Shown piece after piece: positions 50,143 to 62,200 of a stretch of 64,000 bases of DNA (position 1 is the first letter of the stretch; each line of letters begins with the position of its first letter). A program made the position numbers and the translations under genes. The notes below the pieces were generated by a model that worked only from the letters and a program-made list of their open reading frames with translations, ran no database searches and was not told the DNA's origin. The stretch is from Mobula hypostoma (lineage: Eukaryota), in assembly GCF_963921235.1 (NCBI RefSeq), contig NC_086106.1, positions 23,188,001-23,252,000 of the forward strand, in the 5' to 3' direction.

Positions 50143-51205
50143 CTGCAGGCTTGCCTGCAGAAGGCAGAGGGTGGTGGTGGAGGGAGTACATTCAGATTGG
50201 AGGATTGTGACTAGTGGTGTCCCACAAGGATCTGTTCTGGGACCTCTACTTCCCGTGATTTTTATTAATGACCTGGAATTTGGGGTAGAAAAGTGGGTTG
50301 CCAAGTTTGCAGACGACACAAAGGTTGGTGGTGTTGTAGACAGTGTAGAGGATTTGTGAAAGATTGCAGAGAGACATTGATAGGATGCACAAGTGGGCTG
50401 AGAAGTGGCAGATGAAGTTCAACCCGGGGAAGTGTGAGGTGGTACACTTTAAAATGACAAACTCCAAGGCAGAGTACAAAGTAAATGGCAGGATACTTGC
50501 CAGTGTGGAGGAGCAGAGGGATCTCGGGGTACATGTCCACAGATCCCTGAAAGTTGCCTCGCAGGTGGATAGGGTAGTTAAGAGAGCTTATGAGGTGTTA
50601 GCCTTCATAAGTCGAGGGATAGAGTTTAAGAGTCGCGATGTAATGATGCAGCTCTGTCGAACTCCGGTTAGGCCACACTTCGAGTAATGTGTCTAGTTCT
50701 GTTCACCTCACTATAGGAAGGATGTGGAAGCATTGGAAAGGATACAGAGGAGATTTACCAGGATGCTGCCTGGTTTAGAAAGTATGCATTATGATCTGAG
50801 ATTAAGGGAGCTCGGACTTAACTCTTTGGAGAGAAGCAGGATGACAGGAGACATGATAGAGGTGCATAAGATAATAAGAGGAGTAGATAGTGGATAGCCA
50901 GCGCCTGTTCCCCAGGGCACAATTGCTCAATTCAAGAGGACATGGCTTTAAGGTAAGGGGTAGGAAGTTCAAGGGGGATATTAGAGGAACGTTTTTTACT
51001 CAGAGAGTGGTCGGTGCGTGGAATCCACTGCCTGAGTCAGTGGTGGAGGCAGATACACTAGTGAAGTTTAAGAGACTACTATACAGGTATATGGAGGAAT
51101 CTAAGTTGGGGGCTTATATGAGAGGCGGGGTTTGTGGGTCGGCACAACATTGTGGGCCGAACGGCCTGTACTCTGCTGTACTATTCTATGTTCTATGTTC
51201 TATAA
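50143..51205 (+). mobile_element. CR1 3' portion (RT C-terminus + tail)
   Basis: [18 protein letters not shown] (50171-50359), 50364-50687, 50890-51210. Confidence 0.92.
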
Positions 51206-51419
51206 TATGAACCAAGAAGTATGGGGGCGTCCAGGTTTGCTGTTCATACTATGAAATGTCGGGTAGAACATTGTTGTTGTTTTTTTTTAATATCAAATTT
51301 CATTTTAAAGCGTTATTACTTTGCTCACGGAACGACGGTTCCACTGAGTTTTGCAGAACCGAGTCGAATACACACAATATTGACTGAAAGAGTCGAAGGA
51401 TGTCTGGGTGACGAGACTA

Positions 51420-52510
51420 TAAAAATATGAGGTATGTGAAGACCTAGGTGATCACGAATTAGGTAAACCGCAAGACTCCCAACAAATATGTGAAGAGCAA
51501 GAGGATAGGACGTGAAAGAATATGACCAATCAAGTGCGACAGTGGAAAAGGGAACCGGAGGAGATGGCAGAGGTACTCAATGAATACTTTGCCTCTGTAT
51601 TCTCTACGGAAGAAGATCTTGACGAGTGTAGGGATGACTTGCAGTGGACTGAAAAGCTTGAGCATGTAGATATTAAGGAATAGGTTGTGCTGGAGTTTCC
51701 CACAGAAGGTAAAGTGTGGTTGCAGACAGATCGTATTCTGCATGGAGACCGGTGACCAGTGTATGCCTCACGGATCTGTTCTGGGATTCCTGCTCTTCCT
51801 TATTTTTACTGAAGACCTCGATCCGGAAGTGGAGGGATGCGTGAGTCAATTTGCTGATGACACGAAGGTTGGAGGTGTTGTGGATAGTGTGGAGAGCTGT
51901 CAGAGTTTACAGCGCGACATTGATAGAATGCATACTGGGCTGGGAAGAGGCAGATGGAGTTGAACCCAGATAAATGCGAGGTAGTTAATTTTGGTCGCCC
52001 CTCTACAGCAAGGACGTGGAAACCGTAGAAAGTGTGGAGGGAGCTTTACAGAGATGTTGCCTGGATTGGGGAACATGCCTTGTGAGAATAGGTTAAATGG
52101 GCCCGGTCTTTTCTCCTTGGACGGAGGATGAGAGGTGACCTGATAGAGGTGTAGAAGATAATGAGAGACGTTGATCATATTCATAGTCAGAGGCTTTTTT
52201 TTTTCCCCAGGGCTCAAATGGCTAACACGAGACGGCCTAGTTTTAAGGTGCTTGGAAGTTGGTACAGAGGAGATGTCAGGGGTATTTTTTTCACGCAATG
52301 AGTCGTGAGTGCGTGGAATGGGCTGCCGGCGGCGCTGGTGGAGGCGGAAACAATAGGGTCTTTTAAGTGCCCCCTGGATGGGTACATAGAGCTTAACAAA
52401 ATAAAGGGTTATGGGTAAGCCTAGGTAGTTTTAAGGTAAAGCTTTCTGGACCGAAGGGCTTGTATTGTGCTGTGCGTTTTCTATGTTTCTGTTGCTATGT
52501 TTCTATGTCG
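51420..52510 (+). mobile_element. Internally deleted CR1 fragment
   Basis: [15 protein letters not shown] (51685-51963) joined to 3' segments with deletions. Confidence 0.8.
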
Positions 52511-52519
52511 GAGCAGAGT

Positions 52520-53030
52520 TAGACAATTCGGTCAAACGACTTTGTTCAACCATTTCATTGTATACAAACATTGTTCCTTGCCAGCCCAATGTTCTCCGAT
52601 GAATCAAGAAACTGTCAACTTCTGTCTTAAGTACACAAACAATCTTGACCTTCACAGTGGCTTTTCGGAACGCTTCCCGCAGATTTACCAGTCTCAGCCA
52701 AAATAAATTTCTCCTAATCTCAGTTCTAAAATGCAGCTGTGCCGTCTGACTCTGTACTCTTCCACGATATGATATGCCCTCTCCACTGTCAAGGCCTTTA
52801 AACATCTGTTAGGTTTTAATTAGGTCAGTCCTTATTCTTCTGAATTCCAGTAGATACAGGCACAAGACAAGTCGCGTGTACTTCATGTGATGAGCAGCTC
52901 AGTCCTTGATTGATTTTCGTTAAATCTTTTGAGTTTGCAATGGTTCCATCACTTTCCTCCAAGGATAAGGGGGCCACGGCTGCTCACAATACTCCAAGTG
53001 AGGCTTGAATATTAAATCCTTGCTTTTAAT
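52520..53030 (-). mobile_element. Old CR1 3' end
   Basis: FRTEIRRN..LVNL..KTEVDSFL-like reading (52503-52805). Confidence 0.7.
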
Positions 53031-53889
53031 TTCTACCACAGGGACTAAACTGTGCACCTGGAAGGGATAAAGTTATGAGGCGCAGCGAGACACGGTTTTT
53101 CTTGTTGATGCTTCCTGAACCTCAAACTCTGCTGCCCTGGATAACCAATGTCAACGCCAAAATGCATACACTTCGGCCGAATACGAAGCTGATTGATTCA
53201 ACCAATAACAAGCGGCAATTGGGTTTTGGAATTCTGCAAAGATACTGGACATGAAATATTTCATTTGCTGAAAAGGAAAGGGGTGTTTCTGGTACCAACA
53301 AGTGGTTTGTCTGAGTGAAATAGAAGATGTACGCATGACCATAAATGGTGTACGGCTGCTCTGAGTTGAACGACTTTTTTCACTGCAAGCCGTTTTTGAT
53401 GAATAGACAGTGTGCTGTAGTTCCATGAGCTTTGTTGTCATCTTGTGGAGATACACGTGGCACTTGTGCATCTCCCCGCCCACACCCCCCCCCCCCCGCC
53501 CACCATATTAATCCAATGTATATGGCTCTTTCTTTGGTTAGGATTCAACCTTCTATCGTAACCTAACTCCGTTAATACCTCCGGTTTCCTCTTTCTTCCT
53601 CAACTTATAGTTATTCATCCATTGAGAAAACACAGTTTGGCCAGTCTCCACTATTTCATATCCAACGACATATCACTGCAACTAAATTATCAACCTGCGC
53701 TGCACTTTCTCGGTATCTATGACACAATGGTCTGCAGGCCGTTATTATATTATTTTGCAGAAACTTGTTACAACTTTATACGGAATAATTTTTATGTACA
53801 GCCTCGGCACATTGATTTTCTGCAGTACACGTGTAAGGAAGAAACGCCGTGCCTTATTTTCCAAATGGTTAAATTAAAATAACAGAACT

Positions 53890-54585
53890 TTCTCAGTACA
53901 GGGGAAGCAGTGTACATAGCTTCATGGAGTCTTGCTGAACACCTACGCTCTGTCCGCCAGAGAAAGCAGGATTTCCTAGTGGCCACACATTTTAATTCCA
54001 CATCCCTTTCCTATTCTAACATCTCTATCTACGGCCTCCTCTACTGTAAAGATAAAGTTATACTCAGATCTCAGGAACAACACCTTATATTCCGTCTGGG
54101 TAGCCTCCAACCTGATGGCATGAGCATTGACTTCTCTAACTTCCGCTGATGCCCCACCTCCCCCTCGTACCCTTTCGTTATTTATTTTTATACACACATT
54201 CTTTCTCTCACTCTCCTTTTTCTCCCTCTGTCCCTCTGACTATACCACTTGTCCATCCTCTGGGTCCGGCCGCCCCCCCGCCCTTTTCTTTCTCCCCGGG
54301 CCTCCTGCCCCATAATCCTCTCATATCCCCTTTGCCAATCACCTGTCCAGCTCTTGGCTCCACCCCTCCCCTTTCTGTCTTCTCCTATCATTTTGGATCT
54401 CCCCCTCCCCCTCCCACTTTCATATCTCTTACTAACTGTTCCGTCAGTTAGTACTGAAGAAGGGTCTCGGCCTGAAACGTGGACTGTACCTCTTCCTAGA
54501 GATACTGCCTGGCCTGCTGCGCTGACCAGCAACTTCGATGTGTGTTTATTGAATTTCCAGCATCTTCAGAATTCCTGTTCTTCCT
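53890..54585 (+). mobile_element. Penelope-like element 3' end (GIY-YIG C-terminus + pLTR + hammerhead relic)
   Basis: ..AEHLRSVRQ..VATHFNS..EQHLIFRLGSLQPDGMSIDFSNFR (53910-54149). Hammerhead core CTGAAGA 54454-54460 and GAAAC 54474-54478. Confidence 0.9.
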
Positions 54586-56784
54586 GGATATGACGCCGTC
54601 TATTTTATACTTTCGTCAAATAGCCAACCTCGTTTACCATAGCAACATGCGAGCTGCTTGGTGCTGTCTCTAACTCAGCAGAAATCCAAAACTTAACCAG
54701 TTTTTTTCTCGTTCCTTGAAGTGACAATATAGTCGCATCATCTTTTTTGACATATGCATATTATAAAAGAGATATGAAAACCAGAAACGATGCTGTGAGG
54801 GATGCATTCCGCAAACGTGCACAATTCGTTTTAAACACCGGCACATTAAACAAATGAATTATGGACTTAGATCTGTCAATGATATTTGCCTTTTAAATCA
54901 AATTTGCTCTTATTATTGACTTCTTACTTTAAAAAGTCCCTCACGGTTCCCCGCAGTGATTGCACAGAAATGACTCCACAATTTACGATGAAAGGAATAT
55001 AGCAATGCACACAAAACGTTGAAGCAAGTAAACAGGCCATGCAGCATGAAGAAATAGATATTGAAAGCTATGCAATTTTGAGAGTATACTTCATGAATGT
55101 GTTGGAACGTTTTGGTTTCAACACAGAAGAAAATCTTTCAATTTCCAAGGGAGGTACTAACAAGGCAGAAGGGACAGAGACCAGTTGCAGAGGTCGTGCT
55201 ACTTCTACCGAGAGACTGATGGAGAGAATAAAGTTCAATACCATGTTCATAGTGACCTCACAATGGACAGACGGGGAGTGTGTTTCTCTTGAGGCAGATG
55301 CTTAGCTTTGTTCGGTTTCTGCTTTAAATAATTTGTTTGTAACTCTTTTCTAGTTAAAGTTAAAGATAAAATTCAATGACAATGGTATCTCGCGGCATGT
55401 GCTGGCGGCACCTCCAGCTTCGCTGCGTCTTGGGGGTAACTTCCTGTTCGGAGAAGGTGAAAAGTTGGGGCCGTGCGTGCAGCATCAACGCAAAGATGTT
55501 TTCAATTTATTCGAAGAAAACTTCCAATACTGGCAACACTAAATATAAAAGGAAATAGGCCAATTCAATATCATGAAAAACATTGAATTGAATATGTATT
55601 TAATCCAATCAAACACAATCACACACCATAGTCTTAAAGAGACACAATATAATTGGAATTGTATGTACGCCATCGAAAATATAAAACAGTTAATAAAGTT
55701 GTGTGATATTAATATATTATGAAACACAGGGATTAACGCCGTAATCTCATTTTTGAAAGACAATGAAGTTCATGACGCTTGCAATTAAGTGTTCTGGGCT
55801 TGATGTCGCATTATATAGACTTCTCCTTTCCGACCGAAAGAGGTTTCTGGAGCAGAATAGAACCACAGAAACGACATGTTTTCCAGCCTAAGAACAACTA
55901 ACACAATCTATTTTAAAAGATGCAAATCAGTACTCTGTTGTATCAAACTGATCTTCACTGCAATTATGTTGAACTGAGTATTCATTAAAATAAATTATGC
56001 ATTCATCAAAGGTTCTAAGTTGGACGCCGAAGCAGAAAGCCACGCAAGAGACATGCTAACCTTGTTTTGCACTTTTACTTTGCCATTGCATAGCGCTGCC
56101 TTCCAGCGCTACTGATGCTGTATAAAACTGTACCGAGTATTAGCTGCTCTGAATTCACTGGTGAACACGGAGAATTTGGTAATAGACTGCCACTCTGTCA
56201 ACTTAAACGGACTGTTTCATCCAATGCTTTGAAGTGGGTTTCAAGTGGGAATCTTCTGTGATTTTTGTTTTCAATCATACTGCCGTGCATGAAGAGTTTG
56301 CTGATAAACGATGGGGGTACGACTTGTGAGCACAGTGGGTGCATTTTTTGTAAAGGATAGCATTGTTAATAAGAAAGTTGGTTCCGCTAACAACAGTTAA
56401 CATTGTTCTCAGAGAATTACTGTATTTACAAAAGAGTAGTTCGTTCTCAAAACAACCCATTCGTTACCTTCCAGCTCTTTCCTCACGTGATCTCTAAGAA
56501 GCCGAGATGCAGTAAAGAACACTTATGTCGCGTTAGTTTTATTCCAGCACAAGATATAAAATCAGGGAAGACACGTAGCTGCAAAAGTAGGGCACTCGCC
56601 TTTAATAACGCAGTAAGGTTTACTCCAGCCCCTGTGTTCTTTAGCGCCCATTAAAAATATCCGGCTGCGCAGATTAATGAAGACTCTGTTCCGAACAAAG
56701 GACTATGTTAGGATAGTGTTCTGGTGGTATGGATCTATCAAAGTTGCCAGGGCAAAGAGAAGTACCTGCTCATCGACCAGATCA

Positions 56785-57960
56785 GAACATATACAAGAAA
56801 TAGGAGCAGCAGTAAGCCACCTGGCCCATCAAGCCTGCCCCACTATTCAATAAGATCATGGCCTTGGACTCATCTCCACCTACTCGTTTCCACCCATAGC
56901 CCTTAGTTCTCCTACTACGCAGAAAAAAAAAAAGATCCAACTTTGCCTTAGTTATATTTACTCAGCCAGTCTCCAGTGCTTCATTGGGCGAAGAATTCCA
57001 CAAAACCTCCACGCTTTGGGAAAAGCAGTATCTCCTCATCATGGTACTAAATATGCTCCCGCGATGCTTGAGGCTATGATCCTAGCTCTAGTCACACATA
57101 CTAGTGGAAATAACATTCCTCACTCTCTTTCGTCTGTCTCTTTCATAATGTTATATATTTTCGTAACATCTCCTTTCATTCTGCTGTATTCCAACATGCA
57201 CAGGCACAGACCACTATATTTTTCTTCAAATTCTAAGCATCACCTCTGTAGAAACAGCCTAGCGTCTTTTTGATTGGCTGCTGCACCAGAAAACTAACCC
57301 ATTTGCGATTCATGCACAAGCACTCCCGTTCTTCTGCACAACCGCATGCTGCATGATTTTTAACTTAAAAAAAAAATCTGCACTTCCAATTTACTTCAAA
57401 TGTAAATAACTTTGTATTTACCAACATTGAGCCCTATCTGCCGGACCCTTGCCCATGCATTAAACCTATCTACATTTCGTGGAAGACTCTTCGTGTCTCT
57501 TGCACAATTTGCTTTTCGACTCAATTTAGTGCCATCAGCAACCTTAGAATCACTATAGTCGGTCCTTTTTTTCCCAGATTGATAATGCATATCATGAAGA
57601 GTTGCGGGCCCAGCACCAATCCCTGCGACACACCAGTTACCATTGATTTCCAACCAGAGTATAACCCAAGAATCCAACATGCTTTCTATTAGTTAACCAC
57701 TCCACTTTCTGTGTTCATACATTATCCTGCCTCTATGCACCCTTACTTATGGATGCGTCTTTATGTGGCACCTATCAGGCCGTTTTCTGGAAATCCAAGA
57801 AAATAACGTCCACCTTTTCCCTTCTATCCACCACGCTCCTCATATCTTCAATAATCCCCAATAAGTTTGTCGAAAAGAATCTGCATTTGTTGGATCATTG
57901 CCGCGTCTGTCTGATGGATCTGCTTATTTCCGCATCTCCATTTCTTCAATGATAGCTCAA
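56785..57960 (-). mobile_element. Old CR1 3' portion
   Basis: CR1 tail at ~56790, ADGTKL..VGKYKVI remnants (57396-57680), DFQK-like segment ~57790. Confidence 0.75.
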
Positions 57961-58279
57961 GCATTTTTCAGAAGCACCGATGTGTTTTGATAGCTGCTAT
58001 GAAGCCATCAGAACTGGTGTTTGATTGTAGTATGAGCAGCTGTTGGATATCCCAAGTCGTGTGAGCAGTGACACAACGGATACAAAACTGGAAGACTACT
58101 GATTTTGGCTATTGTCACCTGTCTTGTCAAGACACTACCCAGAAGTACAACATAACAAACTCGTTATTTTAAAAAAAACAAGAACAATCAGGGAAGAAAT
58201 CATGACCGCCCGCATCAGACGAAACGACACATTGTGATGTTAATGATGGTCATGTTAATTCAGCTGTCTGTTTATCTCA

Positions 58280-59100
58280 ACGTTAGTCACAGTAATAGTC
58301 ATATTTTATTGATCCCGGGGAAATTTGGTTTTCGTTACAGTTGCACCATAAATAATTAAATAGTAATAAAATCATAAATAGTTAAATAATAATATGTAAA
58401 TTATGCCAATACATACTGGCTCACGGTGTCTGACCCTCTAAGGGATGAACTGTAAAGTTTGATGGCCACAAGCAGGATAGACTTCCTATGACGGTCTGTG
58501 TTACATCTCGGTGGAATGAATCTCTGGCTGAATGTACTTCTGTGCCCAACCAGTATATTATGTACTGGATGGGAGACATTGTCCAAGATTACATGCAATT
58601 TGGACATCATCCTCTTTTCAGACACCACCGTCAGAGAGTCCAGTTTCATCCCCACAACATCATTAGCCTTACGAATGAGTTTGTTGATTCTGTTGGTGTC
58701 TGCTACCCTCAGCCTGCTGCCCCAGCACACACCAGCAAACATGATCGACCTGGCCAACACAGACTCGTTGAACATCCTTAGCATTATCCGGCAGATGTTA
58801 AAGGACCTCAGTCTCCTTAGGAAATAGAGACGGCTCTAACCCTTCTGTAGACATCCTCAGTGTTCTTTGACTAGTCCAGTTTATTGTTAATTCGTATCCC
58901 CAGGTATTTATAATCCTCCACCTTGTTCACACTGACCCCCAGGATGGAAACAGGGGTCACCGGTACCTTAGCTCTCCTCAGGTCTACCACCAGCTCCATA
59001 GACTTTTCTTTTCACATTAAGCTGCAGATAATTCTGCTCTCACCATGTCACAAGTTTCCTACCGGAGCTCTGTACTCGGCCTCATTACCATCTCTGCTGA
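58280..59100 (-). mobile_element. Rex1/Babar-like LINE 3' portion
   Basis: MLRMF.ESV..S.IMFAGVCWGS..RINKLIRKA..LDNVSHPVH..PRCNTDRHRKS (58401-58784). EAEYRA..GN..TW RT segment ~59040-59100. Confidence 0.85.
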
Positions 59101-59276
59101 AGATACACATCGGCAGAGTATAGCTGGATTTCACAATGTTTGTTTCTCGTAAACGATACTGTGTTTTCACGTGTGCCATGTGGACATGTTTGTCCTATAG
59201 AGCAATTATGTCCTGCATTTCGGTATAAATTTATGAGACTCGGTAACATCTGTGTCAAGGAAAACAGTGTCATCTC

Positions 59277-62200
59277 TGTTACGTACCCCGTAACTGGGTT
59301 GCCAAACCAGCAGAAATGGATCACTCAGTTGGAGTCTGGAGTACTAGAACTAAGAAAGTTTTATTAAAGAAACAAGCAACACAGTAATCGAAAGGATAAT
59401 AAATGCAACAATTCAACAATGATAACCACACATGTGCACAGAATTAAGATAACAGCATCAATCAAGCTCTATCGTTGTCTAGGGGTAAATGACCAATTTC
59501 AAAATGACTCAAAGTTCAGTCCAGTTTGTAGTTCAGTTCGCAGTAATCGTTGCCATGGCGATGGACTAGGTGGGGGAAGAGCGACAGAATAGGAACAACT
59601 GATCATTCAGAACACTGCTTCACTCACAGACCAGCGGGATGGCTCACAAACAGCTTTTGGGCAGGTCCTTGGTGATGTCACCTGAGGTCACCGACTGTGA
59701 CCCCTCCTCCAGATGCGGTCGATCCTCTGCAGTGAACCCGGCACCCAGGCAAGGGCGGACACACACCGGGTTCCCGCTGATCGTACCTTCCCACCCTGGT
59801 CGTTGTCTGATACTTCTCACCCACTCGTGAGAAGCGTACCGCTTCCAGGGTCTCGTTACCTCGGGTGGCGTGTGTGTCTGTCTCAGCGAACCTGTCCCTT
59901 TTTATCCCCCTGCTGGGGTATCGCCTGTCCATCACTTCAAACAGTTCAGGGCTCAAAGGGGGGAGCCGCTCCAGACAGCTCTTCCTCCCACATCCCTTCA
60001 TTACACATCTCCAGACGCTGCTCCATTGTTCCTTATCTCTCCTTCCCCTGAGGGCAGGTGGCAGACCAACTGCTGATGCCACTGATGCTAGCCCAGGCCA
60101 GCAAACATCTTAATTTTATGTGTATTCTCGTAACACTTCCCCCCTTTAAGGATTTTTACCGGGAGGTAAAAATTACAAACATGACTACATTATCTGATAC
60201 ATACACAATATACATCTTTAACAGTTATTTAGCTAATACAGAGAATTTGAAATTGTCAACACCTTGACAGACAGTCATCACATTTTCTGTTCCTTTTACA
60301 CGTGTTATTAATAATCCCTTAGACCAGGCTCCAACTCAGCAAACTTCATAGTGGCCAAAAACACTGATGAATTGCGACCAATGTAACCTCTCATTTGGTT
60401 TTGTCCCGGACCACAACAACAAGGGTCGTCCCATTCCGACTCAATTTTCCCTCGCAAGGGCTTAGTAGGAGGGGGACGGGTATTGACCGCAGAGTTATTG
60501 CAAAACTTCCTGCAGTACCCCACCATCTCCAAGAGCCTTCTGAGGGCCCTCTTGTCTGTCGGGGTTGGGAGGTCAGCGATAGCCTGCACTGTAGCTTGCA
60601 TCACTGCCAGCTGCCCCTGTGTCACCACAATTCCCAGGTAAGTGACTCTCGTGTGGCCAAATTCATTTTTTTCAAGGTTCACTATCAAACTGGCTTCAGA
60701 CAGCCGTGTTAAATTGCCAATACACACTTCTGTGTTCATCAGCCCTTTAGTCACTGAATTACTCGAAAAATATGGGTGTTGTTTGCTTGGCTGCCCTATT
60801 GTAACAGACATAACCCAACGTCCCAGTTCTTTGCATTTCCTCGGGACAATCAAACACATGGGTGCGAGTCGTTTAATTACTCCTTCGGGGATTAAGGGAG
60901 AGACCTTATCAGTAGACCTGGCCAAAACAATAGCCTTCTCCCATCTGACCGATCCCATCCTAATCTTTTCAAAATGGTTTTTTCCTCTTATCAAGGGGCC
61001 CCTAGCTTCATTGATTTCCACGCTAACACCGACTAGGTTTGTTAGCATATCAAAAGCCGGTGACCGTCTCAGTTCGCGTCGGTCATGATCAATAACATTC
61101 TTCCCCCTGGGCAGCCGGTAAATCTCTTTCATGATTCCACCAACTGTTTCCTCCAGCACCGCAAAATGTCCACCGGGGGGTACCTCGTGGGCCATGTTAA
61201 AAACCTCATCCCCATAACTCTTTTGCACCACCCCCCACTCCTCATCTGCGGATGCTGTACTTGATTTCCCTTTCTTCCTTAGCACTTCCTCATCCGCACA
61301 ATAGCCTACTAGTTCCCTTGTCAAGGCTGTGTCAGAGAGAGCTGTCTCGGCCAAAACCATCAGCCCCTCGTCTCGCTCCTGCGTCTGCACAAATTCTTTC
61401 CTGGCTACTGCTACGTCCGTCCCAGCTCCCTCACTACCTCTTATCTCACTACACCCTGTCTCATACAAGGTTGGCAGAAATGTTTCAGCCAAATTCACCA
61501 TCGCGGGCGGGGCCTCCATGCTGGCAGGCTGACCCGTCAATCTCACGACTGGGAACACGATTCCTCCGGCGATGTCATTACCGAGCAAGACTTCCACGTC
61601 TTTCATCGGTAATTCGGACCTCACCCCGATCGTGACTAGTCCAGAGACCAGGTTGCTCTGTAAATGTATCTGGTGCAAAGGGACTGACTCTGTCCCTTCC
61701 CCAACACCTTTGACCTCTACCTCCCCAGTCTGGGTCTCTGAGCTAAACTCTAATACACTCTTCAGTATTAGTGACTGACACGCTCCCGTGTCTCTCCAGA
61801 TCCGCACTGGAACTGGTTTTAACCTCTTTTTCACTGACACCAGTCCGGCCGAGATAAACCTCTCGCGCCCTTCCTGGACTTTTTCAGACCTGTCCTTCCC
61901 TAGCGGTTCGCTTAACAGCTCAATACAGCCATTCAAAATTTCCGCTTTTCCTTTCCCCGTCTCCTTCCTTGGGGCAAAGCACCTGGACGCAAAGTGTCCG
62001 ACTTTCCCACAATTATAACAGACGACCCCAGGAGACTTCCTACCAGGCTGCTCCCGGTCTACCTTATCCTTTTCACTAGTCCCCGGCTTACTTTCTGACT
62101 TTTCCGGCGGACTCTCCCCGCCGTCCTGACTACCCTTCTGGTAGCCTTTACTCGGGGCAACCTTCATTTTATGCGTCAACGCATACTCATCCGCTAACTT

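Noticed and set aside
56331-56370. CACAGTG heptamer (others at 786, 17352, 34758 and ~52650)
   Set aside because: No nonamer at the correct spacing. Several lie inside TE coding sequence.
59085-59170. TISA..SAEYSW followed by CACAATG, resembling a V 3' end
   Set aside because: The TISA part is the antisense of Rex1 RT, and no nonamer follows.
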